Assembly (NCBI RefSeq): GCF_028368995.1
Contig: NZ_JAQNDL010000002.1
Coordinates: 1,408,001-1,472,000, forward strand
Length of the DNA: 64,000 bases
Direction: 5' to 3'
Source of the DNA: Nannocystis bainbridge
Lineage (GTDB): Bacteria > Myxococcota_A > Polyangia > Nannocystales > Nannocystaceae
The number at the start of each line of letters is the position of its first letter. The first letter of the stretch is position 1. The translations under genes and the position numbers were made by a program. The notes under the pieces are model-generated. The model did not search any database and was not told the origin of the DNA. It saw only the letters and a list, made by a program, of their open reading frames with translations. Positions 29,867 through 39,978 of the stretch are shown here, one piece after another.

Positions 29867-31648
29867 ATGACGACCCGGCGACAGCCTCGCGCCAACCGAG
29901 AACCGGTCGATCCTCTCATCGGGGCGACCATCGCCGGCAAGTACCACATCACCCGATTGCTCGCGCGGGGCGGCATGGGTCTCGTCTACCTGGCGCGGCA
30001 GATGTCGCTCGAGGGCGGCGAGAGGGACGTCGTCGTCAAGGTGCTCGCGCCCAACTGGATCGACAACGCCGAGGCCGTCGGCCGCTTCGAGCGCGAGGGC
30101 CAGCGGCTCGGCGAGCTGCAGCACGCCAACATCGTCACGCTGCACGACTGCGGCCACGAGAACGGCGTCGCTTATCTGGTGATGGAGTACCTCGCGGGCG
30201 AGCTGCTGAGCGACTACCTCGCGCGCAAGGGTCGGCTGACGGTCGAGGAGTTCGTGCCGATCGCCGCCCAGATCTTGAAGGGCATCGGCTACGCCCACTC
30301 GCGCGGGCTCATGCACCGCGACCTCAAGCCGAGCAACATCATGTTGATGGTCCGCAAGGGCCGCGCCAACTACGTCAAGATCCTCGACTTCGGCATGGCC
30401 AAGTTGGTCGAGGGCGAGCGCGAGGTGACGGCCGAGCAGATCGTCGGCACCGCCAACTACATCTCGCCGGAGCAGATCCGCGGCGAGACGCTCGACGTGC
30501 GGGTCGACGTCTACGCGCTCGGGATCCTGTTCTACTCCATGCTCGCGGGGCGCTTGCCGTTCGAGGGCGAGGGCAACGCGGCGCTGCTCTACAAGCACGT
30601 GCATCAGGCCCCGCCGCTGCTGGGCGACGTCCTGCCGCCGAACCACGGCGTGCCCGACGATCTGATCGCCATGGTCCACCGCTGCCTGGCCAAGCAGGTC
30701 GACGAGCGGCCGGCCGACGCCAACGAGATGGTCGAGGCGATCATCGATTCGTGCCCGGCTTCGATGTTCCACCTGCCCGTCGCCGAGGGCGTGGCCGCGA
30801 CTTCGCACGCGACCGGCAGCATGGTCGCCACGCCGACCTCCGACCTGCTGCGCACCGCGCCGTATCGGACCCGCGGCACCGGCCGCATGCGGCCGGTGGT
30901 GATGCCGACGATCCCGCCGTCGCAGGCGAGCGGCGGCTTCTCCACCACGATGATCGCGCCGGAGCCCGACCGGGGCACGCGCACCTGGGCGCTGATCGGC
31001 GGCGCGGTCCTGGCGGTGCTGCTCGGCGGCATCGCCACGGCGGCGCTGTGGAACGGCGGCGGCAGCACGACCCCGGCGGTCGGCACCGGCGTGACCGACG
31101 AGAAGCGCCTGGCCGCCCAGCTCGATCAGGTCGAGCGCGAGATCCTCGGCGGCGAGTTCGACAAGGCCCGCCGCCACCTCGACGGCATGGCCCGCGACCT
31201 CGAGCCGTACCCGGTGCTCAGGCGGCGGGCGGAGACGAGCCTGACCCGGATCGCGGTCGCCAGCACGCTCGGGCTGGCGCATCGGCTCGAGAAGGAGGGC
31301 AACCTCCCGGCGGCCATCAGCGCCTATCGCGACATCCTCGCCATCGAGGCCAGCCACGCCGAGGCCAAGGCCTCGATCGCCCGCCTCACCGTCGCCGTCG
31401 ATCCGCCGGCGCCCGAGCCCGAGGCCGAGCCGAGCGGGCAACCCAGGCCCGGCGCCGGCAAGGCCCGCCCGGGCGCGGTGAAGCCTGGCGGTCGTCCGGA
31501 GCCCGCGGGCACGCCGGCGCCCGTCGAACCGGCGCCCGAGCCCGCGGGGGCGAAACAGCCCGCGCCGGCGCCGGCCAAGGATCCGTTCTTGCCGGTCGCG
31601 AAGAAGGACGACGGCGGTATCTTCCTACCTGTCGGAGGCAACAAGTGA
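29867..31648 (+). CDS. Membrane Ser/Thr protein kinase with extracytoplasmic TPR-like region
   Basis: ARGGMG, VVVK, HRDLKPSN, DFG and YISPE motifs; one TM helix. Confidence 0.95.
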   Translation: MTTRRQPRANREPVDPLIGATIAGKYHITRLLARGGMGLVYLARQMSLEGGERDVVVKVLAPNWIDNAEAVGRFEREGQRLGELQHANIVTLHDCGHENGVAYLVMEYLAGELLSDYLARKGRLTVEEFVPIAAQILKGIGYAHSRGLMHRDLKPSNIMLMVRKGRANYVKILDFGMAKLVEGEREVTAEQIVGTANYISPEQIRGETLDVRVDVYALGILFYSMLAGRLPFEGEGNAALLYKHVHQAPPLLGDVLPPNHGVPDDLIAMVHRCLAKQVDERPADANEMVEAIIDSCPASMFHLPVAEGVAATSHATGSMVATPTSDLLRTAPYRTRGTGRMRPVVMPTIPPSQASGGFSTTMIAPEPDRGTRTWALIGGAVLAVLLGGIATAALWNGGGSTTPAVGTGVTDEKRLAAQLDQVEREILGGEFDKARRHLDGMARDLEPYPVLRRRAETSLTRIAVASTLGLAHRLEKEGNLPAAISAYRDILAIEASHAEAKASIARLTVAVDPPAPEPEAEPSGQPRPGAGKARPGAVKPGGRPEPAGTPAPVEPAPEPAGAKQPAPAPAKDPFLPVAKKDDGGIFLPVGGNK

Positions 31649-32496
31649 TGCGAGGTCGCGCGCGAGACCGTAGAGGTTCGCAACGTGGGGTCGCCGCGGC
31701 GCTGGCGGCGTCGCTGGTCTTCGGGGTCGCCCCCGGAACTCAGGGACAGGTCCTTGCGGCCATGTCCTTTGCGACAGGTCCCAGCGAGCAGGCGGCGAAC
31801 CAGCCGTCGGCCGCCGACCTGAGCGCGCAGGCGATCGAGCGCTTCCAGGCCCGCGACTACGACGCGGCGGTGCGCCTGTTCGAGGAGGCGTACGCGATCG
31901 ACCGGGTGCCGAACTACCTGTTCAACATCGGCCGCGTGTACGAGGAGAAGGGCGACATCCGCTCGGCGGTCGACTACTACCAGCGCTTCGTCAAGGAGCC
32001 GGGGGTCGAGATCGAGGCGCGCGACCTGGCGCTGCAGCGGCTGCGGGTGCTCAAGGGCATCCTGCAGGAGACCGACCCGGCCGCCAAACCGGCGCCGGTG
32101 GCGGCGACGCCGGAGCCGGTGGTCGAGGGCCCGAAGCCCGCGCCCGAGCCGCCCCGGCCGGCCCCGCCCGACCCGAAGTGGCGGACCATGAAGCTCACCG
32201 GCGCCGGCCTGCTCGGGGCCGGCGGCGGGGCGCTGATCGTCGGCGCGGTCCTCGGCGGGCTGACGCTGAGCAAGCAGAACCAGCTCGACACCACCCACGA
32301 CTGGGCGGCTCGCCAGGACCTCGTGCAGGGCGGGCAGCGCCTGGCCGTCGCCACCGACGTGCTCCTCATCGGCGGCGCCGTGGTCGCGCTGACGGGGGCG
32401 ATCCTGCTGGGCGTCGGCGTCAGCAAGGGCAAGTCGAAAAACGTGGCCGAGCGCCGCGTCCTGCCCACCGGCACCGGCCTGGTCGCCCGCTTCTGA
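31648..32496 (+). CDS. Secreted or membrane TPR protein
   Basis: TGATG overlap; signal peptide; YDAAVRLFEEAY...YLFNIGRVYE...AVDYYQRF; C-terminal Gly-rich hydrophobic helices. Confidence 0.85.
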   Translation: MRGRARDRRGSQRGVAAALAASLVFGVAPGTQGQVLAAMSFATGPSEQAANQPSAADLSAQAIERFQARDYDAAVRLFEEAYAIDRVPNYLFNIGRVYEEKGDIRSAVDYYQRFVKEPGVEIEARDLALQRLRVLKGILQETDPAAKPAPVAATPEPVVEGPKPAPEPPRPAPPDPKWRTMKLTGAGLLGAGGGALIVGAVLGGLTLSKQNQLDTTHDWAARQDLVQGGQRLAVATDVLLIGGAVVALTGAILLGVGVSKGKSKNVAERRVLPTGTGLVARF

Positions 32497-32509
32497 GTAC
32501 TCGCTTCGC

Positions 32510-34348
32510 TTGTCCTGGAGGTCGCCCGTGTTCACCGCGCCGTTATCGCTTCGCTCGTTGTCGCTGGGGCTCGCCGGGCTCTCGTGCGGCCTGGTCTTTG
32601 GGGCATGTACGGCGCTGACCGAGTTCGCCGACTGCAAGCTCGACGAGGACTGCGCCGGCGCGGGCAACGGCTACGTGTGCGGCGCGGGCAACAAGTGCGT
32701 GCCGGGCGAGAGCGGGACCACCACCGGCGATCCGGGCCCCGGCCCGACGACGTCGCTGCCCACTACCTCGACCACCGAGCCGCCGATCACGACCACGACA
32801 GGGACCGAGACCGATCCGATCACGGGCACGAGCACCACCGAGACGGTCACGACGACCGACAGCGAGACCGACACCGAGACGACGACGACCGGCGGGCAGC
32901 TGGCCTGCACGAGCCACGGCGAGTGCGTGGCGGCCCTCGGCGGCGATCACGTGTGCGGCAAGACGGGCGTGTGCGTGTCGGCGCTGACGGCCGAGTGCCA
33001 GACGTTCCACTGGCCGGACGAACAGCCGACCGACAAGGTCGTGTTCATCGGCTCGATCATGGCGACCTCGCCGCCGTTCGACGCGCTGGTGCTGCCGCTG
33101 CAGAACGCGGTCCAGCTGGCGGTCGAGGACTTCAACGCCAACACCGACCTGCCCGGCGAGTTCAAGATCGCGTGGATCGGCTGCGACGACGCGGGCTCCG
33201 GCGCGAAGGCGACGGCCGCGCTGACGCACCTCGGCGAGACCATCGGCGCGCCGGTGGTGGTCGGGCCGATCTTCAGCGAGCTGGTGCTGCACCTGGCCGA
33301 GCAGGCCAAGGCCAGCGGGACGCTGCTGATCTCGCCGACGGCGTCGGCCAAGGAGATCACGGGGCTCGACGACGACGGCCTGGTGTGGCGCACCATCCCG
33401 AGCGACGTCTATCAGGCCAACGCGTTCGCCGATCGCATCCCGCAGCTGACGCCGAAGCCGGAGAAGGTCGCGCTGCTCTACAAAGACGACGCTTACGGCA
33501 CCTCGATGCACGAGGACGCGGTCGACCGGCTGGAGCTCGACAACCCGGCCATCGAGGTCACGTCGCACGTGTACCCGAACCCGGTCGGCCTGACCGAGGC
33601 CCAGCTGCTGCAGCAGTATGGCACGGTGATCGCCAACGCGTGGGGCAGCCCCGGCGATCACCCGGACACGATCGGCATCATCGGCACGACCGAGGCCACC
33701 CGCATCATCCTCGGCTTCATGAACGCGTGGTCGGCCGAGAACCCCGATCCGCCGCTACCGCGCTTCGTCGTGTCGCACGGGGTCGTCGCGGCCTTGCCCG
33801 ACCTCATCGCCGCCGCCCCGGGGCCGCTCAAGCCGGCGCTGCTGCAGATCACCGAGGGGGTCGCGCCGATCATCTTCGATGAGGCGAACTTCAACAACTT
33901 CAACATCCGCTACAAGATCCGCTTCAACGACCAGGCCCCGATCACGGCCGCGTCGCTCAGCTACGACGGCGCGATGGTGATGATGTTGGCGATGGCCGGC
34001 GTGCCCGAAGGCGAAACCGTGACCGGCAAGGGCGTCGCCGCTGCGATCGCCAAGCTGGTCGACAAGGAAGAGGGCACCGCGGTCAGCTTCGGCGAGGTGA
34101 TGGGCCTGTCGCTCACCTTCATCAAGAAGGCCCGCGACATCCTCGTGACCGGGGGGACAGTGGACCTCAAGGGCGTCAGCGGTGCGCTCGACTTCGACCT
34201 CGCGACCGGCGAGGTGCGCGTGAACCTGCTCGGTTGGGGGATCGACGAGGACATGGGCATGCCCGGCTTCGGGGTGCTGGACCCCAAGCGCATGTACGTG
34301 CTGGCGCCCCCGCCGAGCACGGAGGGCATGTGGGTGGATCTACCGTAG
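32510..34348 (+). CDS. Type I periplasmic-binding (LivJ-like) lipoprotein with Cys-rich N-terminal modules
   Basis: VFGAC lipobox; AVQLAVEDFN, VVGPIFS, LISPTAS, WRTIPSD, DDAYG, YDG and GVSGALDFD motifs; start uncertain. Confidence 0.88.
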   Translation: MSWRSPVFTAPLSLRSLSLGLAGLSCGLVFGACTALTEFADCKLDEDCAGAGNGYVCGAGNKCVPGESGTTTGDPGPGPTTSLPTTSTTEPPITTTTGTETDPITGTSTTETVTTTDSETDTETTTTGGQLACTSHGECVAALGGDHVCGKTGVCVSALTAECQTFHWPDEQPTDKVVFIGSIMATSPPFDALVLPLQNAVQLAVEDFNANTDLPGEFKIAWIGCDDAGSGAKATAALTHLGETIGAPVVVGPIFSELVLHLAEQAKASGTLLISPTASAKEITGLDDDGLVWRTIPSDVYQANAFADRIPQLTPKPEKVALLYKDDAYGTSMHEDAVDRLELDNPAIEVTSHVYPNPVGLTEAQLLQQYGTVIANAWGSPGDHPDTIGIIGTTEATRIILGFMNAWSAENPDPPLPRFVVSHGVVAALPDLIAAAPGPLKPALLQITEGVAPIIFDEANFNNFNIRYKIRFNDQAPITAASLSYDGAMVMMLAMAGVPEGETVTGKGVAAAIAKLVDKEEGTAVSFGEVMGLSLTFIKKARDILVTGGTVDLKGVSGALDFDLATGEVRVNLLGWGIDEDMGMPGFGVLDPKRMYVLAPPPSTEGMWVDLP

Positions 34349-34398
34349 TGGGCGCCGTCGCTCCCGCGGTCGCGCTATAGTCGGAAGCTGAGGCTTCC

Positions 34399-36111
34399 GT
34401 GGAACCCAGTCGCTTCCGCCATTCCCTCGATCCGGCCCCCAGGGCGCGGATCGGGGGCAAGTATGAGATCGATCGCCTGATCGCTCGCGGCGGCGTCGGG
34501 GTGCTCTATCTGGCACGCGACCTCGAGAAGCAGCGCGAGGTCGTGATCAAGTTCCTCGCAGGGCACCTGGCCGGCGAAGAAGAAGCGAGCGCCCGCTTCG
34601 ATCGCGAGGTCGAGCGCCTCGGGGCGATCCAGCACCCCAACATCGTCGAGGTCCTGGATCACGGGCACGAGAACGGGGCGCCGTTCCTGGTCATGGAGTA
34701 CCTGTCGGGCGAGCCGCTGCTGACGTACCTGAACCGCAGGGGCCACCTGCCGCTGGCGGAGTTCGTGCCGATCGCGGCGCAGATCCTGAAGGCTCTCGGC
34801 TACGCGCACGGACGCGGGCTGATGCACCGCGACATCAAGCCTGCCAACATCATGCTCATCACCCGCAAGGGTCGGGCCAACTTCGTCAAGCTGCTCGACT
34901 TCGGCATGGCCAAGCTGGTCGAGGGCGAACGCGACATCACGTCGGAGCAGGTGCTCGGCACGGCCAACTACATGGCGCCGGAGCAGGTCCGCGGCGAGCC
35001 GCTCGACGAGCGCGTCGACGTGTACGCGTGCGGCCTGCTGTTCTACCGCATGCTGGCGGGCGCGCTGCCGTTCGTGGCCGACAACAACTCGGCGCTGCTC
35101 TACAAGCAGGTCCACGAGCTGCCGCCGCCGCTGGCGGACAAGCTGCCGCCCGGCAGCGAGGTGCCGTCCGCGCTGGCGCAGCTGATCGATCGCTGCATCG
35201 CCAAGGACCCAGAGACGCGCCCGCTCGACGCCAACGTGCTGACCGAGGCGCTGGTCGCCTGCGTGCCGGCGCAGCTGTTCCGCCTGCCGCTGGCAGAGGG
35301 CGGCGATCCGAGCGCGACGGCGTCGACGCTGGCGATGACGCCGGAGCTGTCGCCGGCGATGAGCACGGCCGGGCGCGAGCTGCCGTCAGGGTCGATGCGG
35401 CCGATGTCCCGCAAGCGGCGACAGTCGGCGGTGGTGACCCGCAGCGTCAGCGGGGCCGACCTGACGCTCGACGGCGAGGGTCCTTCGATCACCGCGGCGA
35501 TGCCGACGCAGTCGCCCAGCTCGGCGACGCGCTGGATCGCTATCGCAGCGGCGGTGCTGGCAGCCCTGGCGGTGGTGATCGTGATTCGGGGCGGCGGGGC
35601 AGGGGACGCGCCGAGCGCGGTCACCGACAAGATCGATCCGTCGCGGGTGGCGGCGCGCCTCGATCAGGTCGACGCGCGGATCCTCGACGGTGATTTCGGC
35701 AGGGCGCGCGAGCAGCTCGAGGCGGTCCGCGATCAGCTGCACGCGCTGCCGGGAGGCGAGAGCCGGGCGTCGGCGCAGGAGCGCAAGATCGCGGTGCTCA
35801 TCGGCCTGCAGGTGGCGCGGCAGTTCGAGCAGGCGGGCGACCGCGGCGCGGCCGAGAAGGCGTACCGCGACGTGCTGGTGCTCGACGGCGGCAACGTCGA
35901 CGCGCGGGCCGGGATGGCCCGCGTGCAGGCGGGGCCGAAGCTGGCCGAGGTCGTGGAGCTCGAGGAGCCGAAGCCGAAGCCGAAGCCGAAGCCAAAGGCC
36001 GGCGAGGCCAAGCCGGCGACCAAGACCGGGGCGGCGAAGGCCGACCCCAAGCCCGATCTGCCGGCGAAGAAATCGACGGACTCGATCTTCCTGCCGACCA
36101 GCAAGAAGTGA
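34399..36111 (+). CDS. Membrane Ser/Thr protein kinase, paralog of 29867-31648
   Basis: [11 protein letters not shown] and YMAPE motifs; TM helix; TPR-like tail. Confidence 0.95.
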   Translation: MEPSRFRHSLDPAPRARIGGKYEIDRLIARGGVGVLYLARDLEKQREVVIKFLAGHLAGEEEASARFDREVERLGAIQHPNIVEVLDHGHENGAPFLVMEYLSGEPLLTYLNRRGHLPLAEFVPIAAQILKALGYAHGRGLMHRDIKPANIMLITRKGRANFVKLLDFGMAKLVEGERDITSEQVLGTANYMAPEQVRGEPLDERVDVYACGLLFYRMLAGALPFVADNNSALLYKQVHELPPPLADKLPPGSEVPSALAQLIDRCIAKDPETRPLDANVLTEALVACVPAQLFRLPLAEGGDPSATASTLAMTPELSPAMSTAGRELPSGSMRPMSRKRRQSAVVTRSVSGADLTLDGEGPSITAAMPTQSPSSATRWIAIAAAVLAALAVVIVIRGGGAGDAPSAVTDKIDPSRVAARLDQVDARILDGDFGRAREQLEAVRDQLHALPGGESRASAQERKIAVLIGLQVARQFEQAGDRGAAEKAYRDVLVLDGGNVDARAGMARVQAGPKLAEVVELEEPKPKPKPKPKAGEAKPATKTGAAKADPKPDLPAKKSTDSIFLPTSKK

Positions 36112-36120
36112 CAGCGCCAC

Positions 36121-36876
36121 TCAGCCGTGCAGGCTGAGCACGTAGACGTCGTAGAGCGCGTGGGTCCAGGCGGCCACGGCGAAGCCGCGCAGCTGATAGA
36201 TGAGGGCGAAGAACAGGCCGGCGAGGGTGCGGTAGACGAAGGCGGCGTAGGTGAAGGGCTCGCCCGCGGGGCCGACGTGGTGCGCGAGGCTGAAGATCAG
36301 CGACGACAGCACGAGGGCGCCGAGCCAGGCCCGCCGCCGGCCGGTCAGGCCCGACAACAGAAAGCCGATGCCGCCCATGCCGATCACGCGGAAGATGAGC
36401 TCCTCGTGCAGGCCGGCGCCGGCGGAGATGACGGCGATGTCGGCGACGCTGGTGCGGGCCTGGATCGCCAGGCCGGGCACGAGCTCGGCGAAGCGGTGGA
36501 TCACGAGCAGGATGAGGGTGCCCATGGTCGAGGCGTAGAAGCCCGACTCGACCAGCATCGGCACGAACCGCTGGGGACTGAAGCGGCCGTAGCTGCGCAG
36601 GATGACGAGGATCGCGGCGTAGCCGAGCAGCCCCGCCCCGAGCGCGGCCATGTAGTTGCCGAGGTCGCGGGCGCACAGCTCGATCAGCGACTTGGTGACG
36701 AAATCGACGCCGTTGAGCCCGAGACCGCCGGAGCCGAGGATCCCGAGCTGATAGACGAGCAACAGCGGGAACACGAGGACGGCGCTGGTGAACGGATCGA
36801 TCCGCGCCGAGAAATGGTCCCAGAAGGCGCTCCGCGCGCGAGGCGGCGGCGGCCGAGGCGGCTGTGCACGGGCCAT
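36121..36876 (-). CDS. CPBP/Abi family intramembrane glutamic endopeptidase
   Basis: EELIFR, FSLAH and HALYD motifs; multi-TM. Confidence 0.9.
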   Translation of the reverse strand: MARAQPPRPPPPRARSAFWDHFSARIDPFTSAVLVFPLLLVYQLGILGSGGLGLNGVDFVTKSLIELCARDLGNYMAALGAGLLGYAAILVILRSYGRFSPQRFVPMLVESGFYASTMGTLILLVIHRFAELVPGLAIQARTSVADIAVISAGAGLHEELIFRVIGMGGIGFLLSGLTGRRRAWLGALVLSSLIFSLAHHVGPAGEPFTYAAFVYRTLAGLFFALIYQLRGFAVAAWTHALYDVYVLSLHG

Positions 36877-37109
36877 GTCCAGCCAAGCCTGCGCGAGCCA
36901 GCGTCAGCCGCCAAGCAATCGGCCAAAACGACCCGGCTGCGGGGAGAGAGCCCGGCGGACCCGGGGAGTGCGCCGGGGCGGCCAGGCGCGGCGGCGGGGC
37001 GGCGCGCATTTGCGCGGGAGCCGGGAGCGCGAAATCGGGCGGCGCGTGACGGCCAAGAGGCAGCGGGCCCTGGGGGCGCGGTTTGGAGCGTTGCGCGGGC
37101 TCGCGTGAC

Positions 37110-37428
37110 GAGCGGCCGACGGGCGCGGTCTGGGGGCGCTGCACCGGCCAATGTGGCCGAGAGCGGCGAGCCCCGACGGGCAGGGCTCGGAGTTGCTGCG
37201 TGGACCAGTGTGGCGACCAAACGCAGCGAGCCCCGACGGGTTGGGCTCCGAACTGCTCGGTCAGCGTGGCGACCAACGCAGCGAGCCCCGACGGGCGGGG
37301 CTCGGAGCGCTGCATGGGTCAGCGTGGCGACCAGACGTAGGCGAGCCCTGAGGGGCGGGGCTCGGAGCGCTGCAGTGGTCAGCGTGGCGACCAAACGCAG
37401 CGAGCCCCGACGGGCGGGGCTCGGAGCG
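37110..37428. repeat. Tandem 55-60-bp hairpin-containing repeats (REP/BIME-like)
   Basis: GAGCCCCGACGGGCGGGGCTC-type hairpin at 37168, 37228, 37283, 37343 and 37402, with a degenerate copy at 37110; linkers share CAGCGTGGCGACCA. Confidence 0.85.
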
Positions 37429-37439
37429 GGCGCGGGGAG

Positions 37440-38852
37440 CTACTTGCGCTTCCCGGGCTTTTTGACGGGCTTCTTGGCGGCCGGCTTCTTGGCAGCCGGC
37501 TTCTTCGCCGCGGGCTTCTTCGCCGCGGGCTTCTTGGCCACGGGCTTCTTGGCGGCCGGCTTCTTCTTCGCGGCGGCCTTCTTCGCGGCGGCCTTCTTGG
37601 CGATCGGCTTCTTCGGGGCCGGCTTCTTGGCGGCGGCCTTCTTGACGATCGGCTTCTTCGCCGCGGGCTTCTTGGCGACCGGCTTCTTCGCCGCGGGCTT
37701 CTTGGCGACTGGCTTCTTCGCCGGGGTCTTCTTGGCGACCGGCTTCTTCGCCGCCGGCTTCTTCGCGACCGGCTTCTGCTTCTTGGCCTTCTCGGCTTCC
37801 TTGACCTTCTTGGCCTTCTCGCCCTCTTTTTGCTTCTTGGCCTTCTCTTTGGCCTTTTCGGCGTCCTTGGCCTTCTTCGCCTTGTCGGCCTCCTTGGCCT
37901 TTCGGCCGGCCTCCTTCTCGGCGACCTTCTTGACCTTCTCGGCCTCCTGGGCCTTCTTGCGGTCCTCGGCCTCGCGCTTGGCGGACTCCTTGGCCTCGAT
38001 GGCGTCTTGCTTCTTCTGCTCGGCGTCGAGGCGCTTCTGCTCGGCGGCGCGGGTGCGCTCCTCTTCCTTGCGGCGCTTCTCGTCTTCCTTGGCCTGCTTG
38101 GCGGCGTTGCGGGCCTGCTCTTTTTCGAGCTTCAGGCGCTCGCGGTCCTCTTCCTTGCGGCGCTTCTCGTCTTCCTTCTCCTTGCGCTTGCGGTCGCGCT
38201 CGGACTCGCGGCGGACGCGGTCTTCCTCGCGGCGCTGGGCCTCCAGGACCTTGCGCTGCTCGGCGGCGGCCCGCTTCTCGGCGTCTTCTTCGGCCTGGCG
38301 GCGCTCGCGCTGGGCGGCGATCTCCTCGGGCGAGGGGCCCATCTCGAGGCCCAGCAGCTGGCGGACTTCGTCGCCCGAGACCCGCTCGCCGCGGCGCTCG
38401 TCCGCCGTCTCGCCCCGGCCGTGGACCAGGAGTCGCGCGAGATCGCTGCGGAACATCAACTCCGCCTTGTTATCGCCCATCAGCTCGCTGACGTAGCCGA
38501 CGCCGAACGTGGGATGGACGATGATCTGATGGAGCTGGAGAAGCGCCTTGGGGCTGTACCGAACGGCGTTATTCACGTCGTACGTGTGGACCCCGTCGAG
38601 CCAGGACAATTTCTTCATACTCTTGCGCCGGGACACGCTCAGCGGCTCCGGGCTCTCGTCGTCCCGGCCCCGCGGAGGCTTGAAGGAGTGGATATCGCCG
38701 CAGACGCCGCACTGAACGCGGCGAATTTCGTCGCCGTAGCTCTCGAGGATGACGTGCGTGGTATCGGCGCGACACTTGGGGCAGTAGGCCTCAGTTTCGC
38801 CGCCGTTCGAGCTCTGGTTGCCACCAAAGTGGCTCTCGAAGATCTGGTCCAT
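37440..38852 (-). CDS. Zn-ribbon + Tudor-like + charged coiled-coil + histone H1-like (PAAKK) protein
   Basis: CPKC...CGVC; IVHPTFGVGYV; E/K/R-rich helix; about 20 xxxKK pentapeptides at the C-terminus. Confidence 0.85.
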   Translation of the reverse strand: MDQIFESHFGGNQSSNGGETEAYCPKCRADTTHVILESYGDEIRRVQCGVCGDIHSFKPPRGRDDESPEPLSVSRRKSMKKLSWLDGVHTYDVNNAVRYSPKALLQLHQIIVHPTFGVGYVSELMGDNKAELMFRSDLARLLVHGRGETADERRGERVSGDEVRQLLGLEMGPSPEEIAAQRERRQAEEDAEKRAAAEQRKVLEAQRREEDRVRRESERDRKRKEKEDEKRRKEEDRERLKLEKEQARNAAKQAKEDEKRRKEEERTRAAEQKRLDAEQKKQDAIEAKESAKREAEDRKKAQEAEKVKKVAEKEAGRKAKEADKAKKAKDAEKAKEKAKKQKEGEKAKKVKEAEKAKKQKPVAKKPAAKKPVAKKTPAKKPVAKKPAAKKPVAKKPAAKKPIVKKAAAKKPAPKKPIAKKAAAKKAAAKKKPAAKKPVAKKPAAKKPAAKKPAAKKPAAKKPVKKPGKRK

Positions 38853-39088
38853 GGCTTAATCTCCGGACCGAAGCCGCTGGGCCAGTGACGTAGCATGCCC
38901 GGATTTGGAAGTACAAGCCCAAACGAAAGGATTTTGCCGAACCGGACCTGTCCGACCGGGCAGGCCACGGCCGATGCTCATAAGGCCGTCCGCTCGCGCG
39001 ATTGTCTGCAAGGGCCGCGAGTGCCCGCGATTCTCGGGTTTGGAGCGGGAGTCTCTTGGATCCGTGCCCATGGGACAGGTCCTCCGGG

Positions 39089-39931
39089 TCATACGGAAAG
39101 CGGCGGATCGCCCTCGCTGGTGCCCGCAGCGCCGCTCCCCCGCGCTCGCCCGAACTCTTCGCCGTGGCCCTCGCCAGGCTCGAGGCCCATCGTCTGCATC
39201 AGCTTGCGAACGTCGGTGACGGTGCCTTTGGCCCGATCGGCGAGCGTTCCGAGCTCGCGGCAGACGACGCGGAATGCGCGGCCGTACTCGCCCGCCTGCG
39301 CGGCGATGATGTTGCCGTTGAGCGCCAGCAGCTGCAGTCGGCGGGCGACGTCGTCGAGGAAATGGATCACGCCCTCCATGCCGTCGGCGGCCTCCTCCTG
39401 GGCCGCCGTGCGCTGCTCGACGCCGATCCGCGCCGCCGCGACCAGCGACTCGTAGAAGGACTGCTCCGACTGGAACGCCTCGATCATGCCGATCGGGGCC
39501 GTCTCGTCGGGCGAGGTGGTCGGGTAGAGCGGGCGCGCGGTGACCAGGTAGACGAGGCCGTTGCGCTTCAGCGAGCCCTTGAAGATCTCGCGCTTTCGCA
39601 GCACCACGTCGACAAGCTCGGCGTCGGCGTAACCGCCGATTTCACCGGGCTTGCCGACGCCGAGGGCCGACGTCGAGGCGATCCGGCGGTTGCCGTGGTA
39701 GAGCGTGATGCCGAGGCTCGTGGCGCGGGCGAGCAGCGGCAGCAGGGTGTTGTCCTGATCGAGGACGGTGTCGCCCGCGCGCAGGCGACCCTCGACGCGG
39801 TGCAGCCGACCGAGCCGCCGGATCACGTTGTCGCACAGCTCGGTGGCCGAGACCCCCCGGTCGAGGATGCGGCGCCGGATCACCGACCACACCGCGTTGA
39901 AGATCTGGGTCTCGGTCGTCATTTCGCTCAC
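39089..39931 (-). CDS. Soluble Cache-like sensor plus truncated MCP signalling hairpin
   Basis: [13 protein letters not shown]...YLVTARPL...IGMI (Cache-like); [23 protein letters not shown] (MCP tip); no TM. Confidence 0.8.
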   Translation of the reverse strand: MSEMTTETQIFNAVWSVIRRRILDRGVSATELCDNVIRRLGRLHRVEGRLRAGDTVLDQDNTLLPLLARATSLGITLYHGNRRIASTSALGVGKPGEIGGYADAELVDVVLRKREIFKGSLKRNGLVYLVTARPLYPTTSPDETAPIGMIEAFQSEQSFYESLVAAARIGVEQRTAAQEEAADGMEGVIHFLDDVARRLQLLALNGNIIAAQAGEYGRAFRVVCRELGTLADRAKGTVTDVRKLMQTMGLEPGEGHGEEFGRARGSGAAGTSEGDPPLSV

Positions 39932-39978
39932 GTACCCGCAGTGTACTGGGCCCTGCGGCCCCGTGGTAGGAGCCCGTC

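Noticed and set aside
37110-37428. 55-60-bp repeats as a mini-CRISPR
   Set aside because: The inter-hairpin segments are homologous to each other rather than unique spacers; no cas genes
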